64,000 nt of DNA, taken from Chromera velia. Lineage: Eukaryota. Positions 47,181 to 60,587 of this stretch are shown piece by piece; position 1 is the first letter of the stretch; each line of letters opens with the position of its first letter. The stretch spans positions 1-64,000 of the forward strand of contig JAHBMJ010000299.1 in the NCBI GenBank assembly GCA_018398765.1, read 5' to 3'. The notes under the pieces are model-generated. The model saw only the letters and a list, made by a program, of their open reading frames with translations. It did no database searches and had not been told where the DNA came from. The position numbers and the translations under genes were made by a program.

Positions 47181-47211
<31 letters not shown>

Positions 47212-50200
47212 CTCTCTCTCCTGTTGAGCGAGACGACGTGCGAGGCATCCGGAAGGGGAAACAAAAGAAACGGAGAGGCTTGAATACATGCTCAAGGGAA
47301 CAAAGGAAGCTGAGAGAGATGGAGAGGAAGGCAGTGAGCAAACGAACAGAATCTCTCCCTCTTTCAAAAATCCAGCCATGTAGATGGACTCAAATGCACA
47401 TGCGCATATGTACGTATAGAGAGTAGGGAAAGCACGAGACCAAAAGTCCTTCGTGTTGCCTCTCCCACCTGTGCTCTGGCATTCCGAATTCCCCGAAGTC
47501 TCTCTGCTTTCTTCTGCCCCTTCCTCCCCCTGCCCTCGTTGCCACCAGCCGCAGTAGAGCGAAAAACAGCTGGGTATTTTGGTTTGATCCACTCAGGAGC
47601 GAGGGTGAACGTTAGAGGGTGACGCCCGAAACCCAAAAACCAAAAAACCGAACGAAACACCTACACACACGAGAAGAAGGCGTACTCTCTCGGGTACACT
47701 TTTGAGGCATGCAAGACATCTCCCGCTCCACTTTTGACCACCCACTCACGTGTGAAATAGCCCAGGCAGGACCTTTGTGAAGCGCACAGAAAGGGACCAC
47801 CGAGGGCCTCTCATCTCCCTTCTCCACGCAGACGAAGTGATAGACAAATGAGAACGGAAAGCAGAGATGTGTTCGTCAGGTCATTCACAAAAAAGGCATA
47901 AAAGAAATGGAGGGGAGACAGCTAGACTGACCTGCCAGATCCACCAAAGAAGCACGACAACGATGAGCCAAACAATGGAGCACAAAAACCTGAACACCCG
48001 CCCGAAGGCGCCTCCGCCCCTCGAAGAAGGGAGCGTATCCGGCACGTACTCCTCTCCTTCCTCTGTGTCTTCCCGAGAGGCCCCGCCAGGTCCTCCCCCT
48101 CCCTCTCCGCCAGAATGACTTTCGTCTCCTCTTCCTCCCCTTGACGAAGACGCAGACGGGTCCCCTTCTGTTTCCCTCATCGCACCGGCAACAGCGTCCC
48201 ATTCAATCTCATCATCTCCCTCTCCTTCTTCCTCATCCGAATCTGTTCCTTCGTCATCCTCCCCTCCATCGTCATTTCCCTCCCCTTTCTCTCCATTCCC
48301 CTCCCCTTTCTTCTTCCTCTGGGAACCCAACATCATCACAGAAGGACGTTCCGGTTGCTCAAAATGACCCTCCTTCTTGTAGTAGTTTTCCCACTCTCTG
48401 CATGCAAAACAAAACAGCGTCTCTTCATTCTTTTCTCGGACGAGGGCTACACTACACTAAGAAAACTCCAATAGCCAGCGCAATCATCACTCAATTGCTG
48501 CCCTCGATTGCTTGTGGCCGGCTGTCTTCGCGCATGGTACGACTTGCCTGCACCCCGAAAAAATGCTACAGATGCCTTAGAGCCCACAATGCCCAGGGCT
48601 TTGTTCAAAGCTTCGTGCCGATTTTGATCCAATCACCGACCTACCTGTATTTGAGAGCAACCACTGCCCGAGCCTGCTGGTGCTTGGCGGCTACGTCCTC
48701 CTGGTTCTCAGCCGAGAGCTCGTGCATCGACTCTCTGCAAACAAACCAACGACAACTCATGATCAAGTACACAAGATCCTCCCTCCAGAAATACATTAAA
48801 AGCTGAAAAATGATTTTGACGAAGGCCCATGCAGAGACGGACTCTTGGGAAGAACTGAGCAAGCGGATCCACTTCCGTTTCCATGTCTCTTTCTGTCTGT
48901 GAGTCTGTCTATCTGTCTGTTTATCTGTCTGTCCGTCTGTGTGTACATCTACCCATCTTCCTCTCTTTCTGTCCGTACTTCCTCTCTGACCTTCGTCCAC
49001 GTAGCAGAATTGCCCCTCACTCTCTGACCTTTCAATGCCGTGTGTGACCACGATGGACTTCTGCTGCTCCTCAATAAACAGCTCCCTGTAGATCTTCGCA
49101 CCGTTGTGGGAGATTGCTGCCAGAAATCTCAGCAAAACGAAACTGCAGTCAGGCAGAAGTCAATTCGATCAGATCTATTTCACGTATTGGCTCTTGACCA
49201 GAAATTCCCCTCTGTACATTCCAATTTGAATTCCAGATGCAGAGGGATAGGGAGGAAGGAGCTCATGACGCTTGAAAAGAAAAGAAGATCGGTTCTCTTC
49301 GTGTCATCAGAAGATTTTGTTCACGACAACAACTCAAAAATGAGAAAAAATGGACACAATTCAGCAGATCTCTCAGTTAGAGTCTTGGAAGGAATTATTT
49401 CAATGACGGACCCCAACCTTCCCTCCCGCATAAAATCATGAAATGAGTAGAGCTCTCCAAATCCATCAGTCAGAGACAAGTGAAGTAAGTCTAGTACGAA
49501 ACGCAGAGACTTACGCAGCTAGGCACAAAGAATCACAGACCATGCAGACTTACAAGATTGTGTATTGTACCGTCAGCGCAGCCCCCCCAAACGCGTACAT
49601 GCGCACCACATTGTGGGTAGCCACAGCAGACCTGAAAAGCAAAACGTTGAGGAATACAGAGAGAAAGCAGGTATGAAAATGTTGATGCTGATGATGAAAT
49701 CCGGGTGGTGGGGAAGCACTCTCTGTTTTCACCTCTCGATTTCGTTCAAAAGCTATTAGCAGACTCTTTGAATGATTGTGTGACTCTTTGGTAAATAGCA
49801 TATTCTGTTGAATTAAAGAATTTTCGCGAATTGAGCTGACTGACTTGTTAGCCAAAGCCGAGGCTGCCGAATGGAACGCGATGAGAAAAGCGCCAACCTC
49901 CAAGACCACGGGGTTCAACAGAAAGGCGATGCGAGTCGCGGCTTTCTGGGCGTCTCTGAATTGGAGCCAGATGAGAAATACCTGCACAAAGGTTTATCAG
50001 TCAAAATTGAATTGAAGCAATGAAGCTCCAGTCCAACGGGCACCGTTTTTGATCCCTCTTTCTCTAGTGCGCTCAAACCGACTCTCCCATGCACCCACCC
50101 ACTATCTATGTCCCCGCTGCATGCGTTCGATCTGTCCTTTCTGCTCCCGGAGCATTTCCCTTTTTCCGCACTTACAGACTAGCAACCTCACCAAAAAACC

Positions 50201-53200
50201 AACCGACAGGTCGACTGTACGAGGGACAAACCTGGAGTGCCGACGCAAAGTGGGCTCTGAATCTCTTCCCGGGTGCGACCTTGGAGAGGAAGTCTGCTGC
50301 CAGTTTCACGGAGTGGTCAACAAACAATGCGACTCCGACAAGCTCAAGAGGCAGAAGAAAGATACCTGCATATGGAAGAACAAACAAGCAAGAGCAAAAT
50401 CGTACACACAAAGACGAACAAGAAGACTTCCATGAAGAGAGTCAGAAAGACAGAAGCAGACACAAATGAAGAAAGATGATAAGAAAAGTGACCAAGCTCA
50501 CAGGAAGACAAAACAGACATCTGGACAGACAGATAGAGACCCCTTCTTGCAGAGATCCGAATACTATCACTTTACACTTTCTTCTTGTTCCAGGAAAGAA
50601 CACGGCCTATGTCGAATGAAATGCGCGTCGGCATAAGGACAAAATTGGTAATTCCACACTCACCCAGATACGCCCTGCTGGAGAGATCATGTGCGCCCAT
50701 TTCGAGAGCTTCCTGGAGGTTGATCCTTGTCTGGGGTGCCAAGGCAAGGAAGAGCCCGAACATCAACTGCATACTCCACGCGATCGCCAGGGAAACGCCC
50801 ATGATCAGCCCGATGACGGTGAAAAAGACGAACCTGCATGCGTGTGTATCACATCAGATTTAGTTAGTAGGCCTTCCTTTATCAGCAATCGCGAAATTTT
50901 CTCCTCTTCGAGGATCAAATTTTCCAAAATGCTTCACAGCTGTACCGCATCTGAAGATTTGCACCAGAACAGACGTGACCTCGAAGAACATGTATCCAGA
51001 AACTCCGTCTGCAGACATGCCGCTCAATCAAACAAGGTCATGCGCTCTAGCTTCATCCAGAAAAATAATGGTACATGGTTTCCGTTTGCTATTGGTTTCT
51101 ATTTTGTACGCATCGTTTCTTCAGTTCCCATCGACTTTCAGATGCTCTTCGGTGGTTTTGCAAAACCACTCATGAAAAATGAACGCAGGCTTACCGCATC
51201 CTGCAGCTCTTCGCATACCAGGACCTCCAGTCGTAGAACGTCATCTCGAAACGGGACGCCCAGCTGCTGCCTGCAAGGTACGATCGAGGTCCGTCAAACT
51301 GAATTTGTGATACCGGATGAGAATGGGCTCTCTGGCTCTATTTCTCCTTTTCTCTGTATTCTCGAAGTTCGTTGCATTTTGAATCGTGCTGCTGCAGTCG
51401 AACTCACACTTTCTTCCGGTTTGGTACAGTCCAACACGAGCACTTTGTCCGACCCCTCAAACAGACAGTCTCAAAAAAGAGATGACATCATCAGCCTACC
51501 GGTAAAGAGAGCCTCGTTGGTCGTCCACACAAGAGTCCCTGAGCCATCTGGCTTCAGGGCATGACGCCGAGGGTGCGAGTGGGCTCTCCAAAGCTCCCGC
51601 TCTGCAGAAAAGAAATTTTCAGGCAAAAGACTGAAATGGTCCGACTACCTTGTAGCCACCGCGAAGCTGCTACAGCACCTTTAGACCTCGTTATCAATTA
51701 CTCTCTTCAGAAATGAGCTGCAGACAAGCTCAGACAAACAGCCAAGGCAACCCACCCACCCATGCAACTGCCTTCCTTCCTGCACCCCGACCCCCATTAA
51801 GTCCTCACAGAGACAGACACACAAGGGAGGGAGATGAAAAGACCTCTTTGTTGCTTGTCGAAATGACAAGAGAAATCACTGGGAGGCAGGAATTAGCGAA
51901 TGGGTTCGGCAGGTTTCTTTCTAATGGAGAAGATCTGGCAGCGCTGACCCTATCCAAAATGACCCCCTGTCTGTCTGTGTCTGACGGACCTTCTACTTCC
52001 TCAGCCGTCATAAACTCGTTCCCGTCTCCTCCGGCGAGAAGGACTGCACCCAACGGACACGACAGTGAAAGCGGACTGCTCAGCACGGCAACAGATGTCA
52101 CACTGAAAAAAAGCTCCACAGAGGATTCCCATCCGATACACAAAGCAGTATTCCAGTCGCAACGCCAACCTACAAGGCGCTCGCCGGTCAGATTCCGCCG
52201 CGCCTTCTGCTTCGCCTCACCATCCAATCTGAAACACATCAGAAGCTGAAAGGACCATGCCTGTTTATATGAAGCCTCTCTGTATTCCTTTTTTGTGTTT
52301 GTCTATGTTTGCGTCTTTTGGTACCCCCTTCAGTGTACACAAAAAGAGACAGGCCACCTTCAATGGCCTGCGTTCCAGTGCCTGACTGCCCGACTGACCG
52401 TTTAAGTACGACCTCATCAGGGGAGGGAATACGACGAGGACAATTAAGGGAAGAAGCCTGCATAGAAGTTCGTGTTTGCAAGTCAAAGGAAAAACTCAAA
52501 CAGAACTGGGAGAGGACGGAAAGACGGTGAATCAACAAATTAGAATCAATCAATGGATGCGAAAAAGAAGGAAGGCAGTTCCTCATTTCCACACAAATGA
52601 ATTTTTTCTTCATTTTCGATTCGAGTTCTCCTCTGCTTATCCTGCCAGGGAAGGGAAAGTCATGAAATGAAGGACGGCCTATTCATGCTAGCCCCCTATC
52701 GACCCTCATACAGGAGAGGGCCAACTCCATCATAGCAAAAAACGAAAAAGGGGCTCGGATGAAGAGGGTTCATTTTCTGGCCATCGTTGGTTGAACGTAT
52801 GGACAGATGAGAGCTTGCTGACAAGTGGCTAAATGACTGACTGACTGACGGACGGATGGATGGACGGACGGACGGACGGACTGACTGACTGACTGACTAA
52901 CAATTGTTCCACGAGATAGTAAATGTCCTGCAGAGAGAAAAACCAGCTGAATTTTAATCTACAGACATTTAGCTATATGTACACTTTATGATCGGCACTG
53001 CATTGGGCGGCACACACAGCCACAGAACAGAACAGAGGGATGAGATGAAGTGAAATGAGCGGAAGGGAAATGAGGAAGAGAAATGTGAGGGACATCAAGC
53101 ACGAGTAGCTGTAGGGTTTGGCATCTCAGACGGGCAAACAGACACAGCTACAGAGGTACCATGAGAGGAAGAGAGGTCTATGCCCGAAGAGAACATGGCC

Positions 53201-53969
53201 GAAAACAGTGTCCGACACAGCGAAGGAAAGGGGATGATATTGCATGAAGATATAAAGGAGGCAAAGATAAAGTGTATCAGAAGACGAAGAGGAAGAAAAA
53301 GCACAAGAGGAAAAGAAATCAAGAGATATAGAAGAAAAGGAAGCATGCGAAGAGAAAGGAGGCCAGAGAAAGCAGTATCAGATTTTACATCAGACAAGAG
53401 CAGCGAGTGTTCCAATTATCGCAAACCTGACTTCAGCTACTCTTTTCTGATCCAATTCTTTGACCGAACGACCCACGTACCTTCATTTGATAGTGCCTCC
53501 TCTCGTCAGAGCCCCAGTTGGGGAACCAGTAGAAGGAGCAGGTCACGATGGCACAGATATTGAAGAAAACCTGCGCACGAGTTGGCGGGTGTGGAGGAAT
53601 GCAATGGGCAGGCCGAAGAGAAAAGTCAAATGGGTGGAGATGAGATTGAAGGCGGGTAGGCTGGTAGCTAGCCAGGCAGGAACGCAGGCAGGCAGGCAGT
53701 CAGGCAGTCAGGCAGGCAGGAAGGCAGGCAGGCAGGAAGGCAGGCAGGCAGGAAGGCAGGCAGGCAGGAAGGCAGGCAGGAAGGCAGGCAGGAAGGCAGG
53801 CAGGCAGGCAGGAAGGCAGGAAAGCAGGTAGGCAGGTTCCACAAGCGAGAAGATAGACGAAGAAGATAGCAGTCAGCACACGTGGACACAAAATGGATTT
53901 TTTTCTGAAACTGGGTCCATTGGGATCGTTTCGTCAGGACAGAGAGAGAGAAAGAGATAGAGCGAGACC

Positions 53970-54000
<31 letters not shown>

Positions 54001-54858
54001 CGACAGACAGACAGACAGACAGACAGACAGGCAGACCGACAGACAGAAAGACAGACAGACAGACAGACAGACAGACACACAGACACAGAGGTAGAAAGAG
54101 TTTCCTTTTCCTACTTTGAAGAAGAAGACGCCTTGCAGGACGAAGATGTTGCACTCCTCTGTCCCCCACAGACCCAGCAGCATGATGAAGAAGAAGAGAA
54201 TGTCTGCATGGCCATACAGCCACAAGATGCAACACAGATTGAGAAAGAAGAGGTGCGGGAAGTCAATTGATGGAAGGCAAAGGAAGACAAAGTATGAAAA
54301 AGGGGCTGAAATGCTTACAGGATTGGATGAAGCTGTTCTGAAAATGATGAATCATGAACTCATACAGAACGTGAAGCGTCTCACAGGGACGACGTTCACT
54401 CAAAAGAAAATCTGAAGAATCTCTTTGAGCTAGGCAAGACCGAATGAAAACAAAGTAAGCAGAGAGGAAAAGAACTGAACATGTAAGCAGCAAGAAACAG
54501 GAAGTAAATCCACTTTGAAGCCCACCGTGAAGACACGTGGAGAGGCAGTGAGCAACTGAAAGAGCGAGGAGAAAATATGTGTCAGAAAAAGCCAGAGGGA
54601 AGGTAGGAAGGAAAAGACTGACACCCAGTCGTGCCCAGCCCCAGGTCTCCCGTTAACACCCTCCGAAAAATGAAAAGGAGTGCCAGTATCATGTCCAGAC
54701 TGAAGAAGAACTGCACGCCCTTCTTCAGACTGATACACCAAAGGAAACTGCAAACAGGAAAGACAGGAAACCCTTTGAGTCCATACAGGCATCATTGATA
54801 CCAGGACCATCAATTTGAGAACCTGTTTTTGTCAGAACCTTTTCTTTTGATCCCACCA
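39592..54858 (-). CDS. Large multi-exon polytopic membrane protein with C-terminal class-3 lipase (alpha/beta hydrolase) domain
   Basis: Lipase motifs: IAVRGT..FADLSLW (~43674-43597), [26 protein letters not shown] (~42005-41899), IQHIDC..PCHS (~40877-40805), [12 protein letters not shown] (~40370). Many hydrophobic exons lie between 44400 and 54240, and the last exon ends at 39592. The 5' end is uncertain, as is whether all upstream exons belong to one gene. Confidence 0.72.
40995..41341. other. Assembly gap (N run) within a lipase intron
   Basis: Run of N flanked by poly-C. Confidence 0.99.
53668..54085. repeat. (GGCA)n and (CAGA)n intronic microsatellites
   Basis: Directly visible. Confidence 0.93.
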
Positions 54859-55639
54859 TAGACTGGCAGAGGTTGCTCCTGTCTTCTTCTTTTTCTCTTT
54901 TCCCACATTCAGTGGGACAGACATCAGACAGGCAGGCAGGCAGGCAGGCGGGAAGGACATGCAAAAAAACATGTACGCACGCAAGCAGGCAGGTGGGCGA
55001 GCGCGCAGGCTCAAGATGCACACCTGCAAGAAAAATAAATAAAGAAAGACGGACAAACAGGCAGATAGACAGATAGACAGATTGATGGACAAACAAACAA
55101 GTATCCAGACAGGCAGGCAGGCACATATATATACAGGCAGGCATGCAGGCACGCACGCAGACCAATTGACAGACAGATATACAGACTGTCAGACAATTAG
55201 GTAATAAAGAATAGCACTTCGGATTTTTCCGCACCTTTTGAAACTGAAGAATCCTCCCATCGTGAGCACGCAGTTTCAATGTTCTGCACCAAGAGAAAAC
55301 GCTCTATGAGTCAGAGCAAGTGCACCGAGTCTGCCGCCAGACTCGAAGCTACAGGCTCTTCTCGCGGCTGCTTCTTTGATCTTGCTGGCCGGGGCTTCGT
55401 GCAGATGCTATGCCGATGAAATCAACGACGAGGTGGAGACGGACATTGCAACATCACACGTTCTCACTGCGCATTTCCGTTCAGACTTTCTGGCCTGCAT
55501 TGCAGAATCCTTCAAGAGACGCCTCTTCGGGATTCTGACCAATGCACTGACTCCTTGAGCCCCGTTGCGTCGCAACTATGAACTTGCGTTAGAGCTCTAT
55601 ATTGCTCTTGAAATTGACCTTGAAGGGTATACTTTCGTG

Positions 55640-55800
55640 CACGATTGCGCGATGTATGCATGCATGCATGCTTGCATGTGCGTGCATATACGTGTGCATG
55701 CGCGTATTGCATTTTTTAAATTTTTTTTTTAATCATGCGTATATACACTATACGAGTTTGTTCGCGCGCATTCGCGCGCGCAGACAAGCGCGAGAATTAA
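55640..55800. promoter_or_regulatory. TGCATGCA and CGCGCG cluster, putative promoter of the minus-strand lipase gene
   Basis: TGCATGCATGCATGC at about 55657, plus TTCGCGCGC twice, at the edge of an AT-rich island upstream of the gene. Confidence 0.5.
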
Positions 55801-57373
55801 TTTTGTGCGGATAAATCGATCAGGCCCTCAGAAGTATTGGAAATTCTCAGAAAATTTCTGAATGCATACGATTTTCAAGTACCGTTATGTGAGTGAACAC
55901 CCAATAAAGCAGTCATTTGGTAGTTCATGTGAGGGTAAGTTTGTTATGGCATGTTTGTGTAACTGTTTGTTCACGCGTATTAGTGTACTAATGTAGTATA
56001 CATTCATACGCAAAAGTCAGGAATAACCGAAAATAAATTAAGTTTGTACATCCTCATGAGGCATCCCACCTAAATCCAAAGCCCTGAAAAGTAACGGAAA
56101 TTCAAATAAAAATGATGACCGGCAAGTGACTTTTAAGTATTGCAGACGGTCCGCAGTGTAAGTGAACTACTATGCTAAAACCCTATCTTACATCCAATAA
56201 AACACTAATCTGTATTACTGTACGTGAAACATTTTTAAACACACTGCATGATCGTCACATTAAAACTACATACGCTGTAAGATATTGTGTAAAAAGAAAT
56301 ATATTTTTAGCTAGTTTTTTAAACACATTGATCGTCATGCATGTGAAACTTGAAGTTATACACACTGTAAAAGAATAAACATAAGGAAAATGAAAGAAAG
56401 GTTACAGCTTTCTGCTAGGCTGTGTGTCTCGCATAATAGTGGTCCGAAAATCATGTGCAAACCCTTTTTACAGCGAGCGACATCAGGGAAACCAGGCTGG
56501 AAGACAGCATCTGTCCACTTTAACCACAACACATTTTCTTCGAGGTACGGTCGAAGGGAGATTCCAATCCGCATAAACAAACACATCTGGTCTGGCGCCT
56601 GTCTGAACCCCTCCGCTTGTCCATATTCCAGCGGGCAGTCGGCAAAGCTGTGGACGGATAAAGATAGAGGGCACAGCACCAACGCCCCCTGAGTAGCCGT
56701 CCCTCAATCAACAACTCATTCTCTTCTCTCTTCGTTCCTCGACCGCCTCCTTCCTAACAGTCAAGCGGGCCCACACCGCTTCTGTCTCTCTCCCCGCTGC
56801 CACAGCAGCACTCTCTCAGCGCCGCTATAGCGACGTCACTCTTTCTCTCCGCACCATCCAACCAAGCGCGCTCCTGCATCACACAAGAAGAACGTAGCCA
56901 GAGAAGACAACCAACGGGAAGTGAGAGAAGAGGCGAGGCGGACAGATTCTCAGGCAGAAAAGTTTGAGAACGAAAAATCGTCTCCTCATCCAACCCCCAG
57001 TTTGTTTTTTCGCCCTCAAAGAGGCAGACAGACAGACAGACAGTGTCCCTTCATGCACAGTACCAATCCTTTTACCTCCCCAACCCCAAGCAGACGGACA
57101 GGTGGAAGAAGACTCTCAGAGAAGAACGAGCGGAAAGACGCAGCGAGAGACATGCTCGGAAAAAAGGAGAAAAAAATGGACGTTCTGCCCCCCTAAAAGC
57201 TCTCAGCACACCCCCTTCTTCCTTGTCTCGTTTCTCATCATCTTTCTGCTGTCGAACAAAAGTGTACCCTCTGACCGACCGAGCAGTATAGAAGAGACCA
57301 AATGACTTTGAAACATGTGCACGAAACGAACCATCATTAATCCACTCACCGATGGCATGCACTCGTCGTCTGT

Positions 57374-59651
57374 TTACTTGTAGAGTCCGTTGTTGATCTT
57401 GTCAAGTTCATAGGCCTCTGTGACCTCCAGAGCGACAAATCTCGCCTCGTTGGCCTTCAGGAGCTTCTTCTCGCCCTCTGCAGCAGCAGAGTGTTGCATG
57501 CAACCAAAAAAGGACAAAATTCTCTTGAAAATCTTTTTATCAAAGTGCAGAACACACACGTACGGTTGCACAAGAGTATTCATAAAAGAATGATGTACTG
57601 TAACCCAAGGACACTTTCTCGTTTTCCCGCTGCTGTCCAGAAGAAGCAAAGCAAATCACGAAGAGAAAAACACGCCGACAGGCGCCAAACAACTCGCCAA
57701 GGAAGGCCGCCAAGAAAAGACACACACTCTCTCTCAGCCTTCACTTCAGGTCTCCTTTTCTCACACAATGGAAGAAAGAAGCAAGAACTGCCCCTCTCCT
57801 CCGTTCCAACCCCCACTCGTTGTTCTATGGCAACAGTTGTACTGTCCTCTCCTCCTCCGCTGGACTGATTCTCTCTCCTTCCTCTCTCTCCTCTCTACGA
57901 TCATTCCTCCAAAACTCTTCCACGCATGCAGCAATTCCTTCTTCTGCCCCTCCTCCGATCAAAACCGCAGAACAAAACAAAATAGGGACGCCCGACAGCC
58001 GGCGCACGAAGGTAAAACTCCATCCCAGCTGCACGCCAGACAACCTTACCCATTCACCATCAAGCAAGAGGGCATGCCAGAGAGGCCGTCAGCATCCGTG
58101 GGACTCCCAAATTCCTTCCAACCTCTGGCGTCCATCTGACTGACATGAAGTCACACAGAGCCCCAAAGAAAGTTTGAAATCTGTCTGAATGAAAAAGTCA
58201 AACCAACAAGTCATTTGCTTGCTTCTGTATTGCAATGCGGAAAGACAGACCGGTAAGTCCGGGGATGCTGAAGACCTCTCCGACGCTCTTGTAAGGTCCA
58301 TTCTTGACGATCTTTGCTCCGAGAGTGGGGTAGAATCCCTTCAGACCCTGGTAGACGCGGATGTTGGCGTTGTTCAGGTCGACCTTCTCGCCACCTGAAG
58401 GCAGGCAGGCGCCATCTCAAGTATGCACCCCCACACGGACAGACTTTTTGGGTTCTTTCCCTCCTCTTCTTCATGCACACCGCAGACAAAAATAAAGAAA
58501 GCAACAAAGACGAAAGAACACCACGACAATTCAGACAAAGTGGGCAGGGGGGCCGGAAGGTGGGAGTTAAGCCCGCCACACGGACAGACAGTCAGACAAG
58601 GGCACGCAAAAGAACAAAACCAGGAGAGACAGGAGAGAAGCAAACGAAGGAAAGGACAGAATAAAAGAGCGAAGGGGTGGAGGAAATTCAGATTCATGTA
58701 CGACCCTTCACCCATGAGAGAGAGCCTGCATCTGCTCCCCACACCTCATTCTGATTACACCTTTCATCTCTGCTCCCTCTGTCCCTTTCTTTTTGTGCAT
58801 CCGTGCGCGCCTGTCTGGCTGCACGTCTTCGTCTGAATGAGCGCCATGGCGCAGGAGGGTCTGTCATTCGGCCAGTCACGACTTTCGTGGTTCAACCCCC
58901 CCAGCCCGCCTGAAATACTTTCGACTTGCGCCCCGCTGGTCGGGCCCGCTGGCCAATTGATCTCTTCCCCTGGCCCTCTTCCTCTCTGGGCCTTCTCTAA
59001 GTCAGACTGCTCGCCCCCCATCCCAGCACACGCCTCTCTATTGATCAAACGTGAGGATGAGAGAACAGGAAGCGTCTGGCTTGGAAAGAGACGAGACGAG
59101 ACGGCTACAGGAAAGTGGATGGAAACCTGCATGGCCCGCGTCTCTGCTGCGAGAGCAGACGAACCAAGCAGATGAAGAGCGCCAAAGGGCTCTTGAGAGA
59201 AGGCTGCGCTGATTCCAGACACAGAAGACACGACGAGAAAGCAGTGCACTCAAGAAAGAAGAAGAAAACAGATAATGTCAACTGACCACCGAGAGCTGCA
59301 ACTCCAGTGTAGTCTCTCTCTGCCCGTGCGATATCAGCGTTAGCGAAGAGAGAAGCACCAATCATAGCAGCGGCAGCCCCCCGCAAAAGGGAGTCCGCCA
59401 TCTGTCTTCGGCTTTGGACCTCCTCCTGCAAAGACAAAGAACACGGAGAACAGATACAAAATCTGTCGAAATCGGGCACCACGAGATCTCCTGAGCACAA
59501 ACCACCAAGGTGCGTGCATAGCGATGAAACCGACCTCAGCAAGGAGCTCAGTCACTCTGTTTACTCTTCGCAGAGACTGGGAGGACTGAGCAGGCAGGAG
59601 GAAGGCGCTTGCGGAGGAGGCAAGGGCGAGGCCGCACAGAAGAAACTTCAT
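57374..59651 (-). CDS. psbU: Photosystem II 12-kDa extrinsic protein PsbU precursor; exons 59651-59535, 59425-59287, 58394-58251, 57477-57374
   Basis: The spliced product KVDLNNANIRVYQGLKGFYPTLGAKIVKNGPYKSVGEVFSIPGLTEGEKKLLKANEARF..DKINNGLYK* matches PsbU. Phases are consistent across three GT-AG introns. The N-terminus has a signal peptide ending ASA-F, a transit peptide and an SRR..ARA lumen signal. Confidence 0.95.
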
Positions 59652-59939
59652 TTTGGTGCTGTGTAAAGACAAAGAACGCGAAAATGAAGGCTTGGCGCCA
59701 GTACCTTGCTCAAAAAGACACCACAAGAAGATGGAAAAAGCCAGAAAACTTTAACGGGAAGGGCTGTTTCCTGGGTTGAAGGTCCAGCAGCACGGATTTG
59801 AGCCGGGTTGTAGCTGGAGATAGCTGGAGCTCACTTGCCGTCTCGGCTCCGGTCGTCTCGGCAGAAATTTTCTGGCGGGCGCGGGCCCAGAAGGCAACTT
59901 TTTGTGGTTTGAGGACCACTGCGCGGGGCCGAAGGAGGG

Positions 59940-60060
59940 TGAAATGTCCAGAATTTGCCTTTCGGGCACATGCGGTTTATCCGGCTGGGGCATGCATGCA
60001 CTGTACGTATCGGATTTCGCCATGCATGCACAAAATCTCGGATCCTTAGCACAGCGGCGC
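59940..60060. promoter_or_regulatory. Putative bidirectional promoter between psbU and RBM25
   Basis: Two CATGCATGCA copies (about 59991 and 60021) lie between the divergent genes. Confidence 0.5.
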
Positions 60061-60587
60061 AATTCAAAAACTTAATTCACTCCAATCATCTCCAATCAAG
60101 ATTCAGGAGGCCGTCTCCAACCCATTCCAACCCTTAGTAGAGTCACCTCTGGCATCCCCTGGCTATCACTGACTCTCCTGCATCTATAACGATCGATGCT
60201 GTGCATCATCGTGGATCGGCCACACGAGTTCGCAATTTCCAGACTTTTCGATTCTTCGATTCCATCTGGCGTATTCATTTACAGCCCCTGGCCGCTTCTG
60301 GTTGAATTCGTCGAAAGAATTCTTCGAGTGGAGAACTGATCTCTCTTTCATCCCAACTCTTTTGTCGATCTGGCTCTTTGCTCCGCTCTAAGAAAGACAA
60401 GTAGAGCTTGTTGTCCACCGCTACTATTTGATTTGCTCTTGCTGCCAAGAGCTGCTCTTTCTGTAGGTGTGTTGCTTTGTTTTGACCGGATTAGCCGGAA
60501 AGGGATTTTTCAGTCGCTCGCTCTCTGCGCCTCGAAAGGAAACCACAGGACGCTTCTTCATTCCAATACATTGAACACACCCAAAGA

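Noticed and set aside
50689..51564. 291-aa plus-strand ORF
   Set aside because: It is antisense to exons of the minus-strand membrane/lipase gene and has no recognisable motifs.
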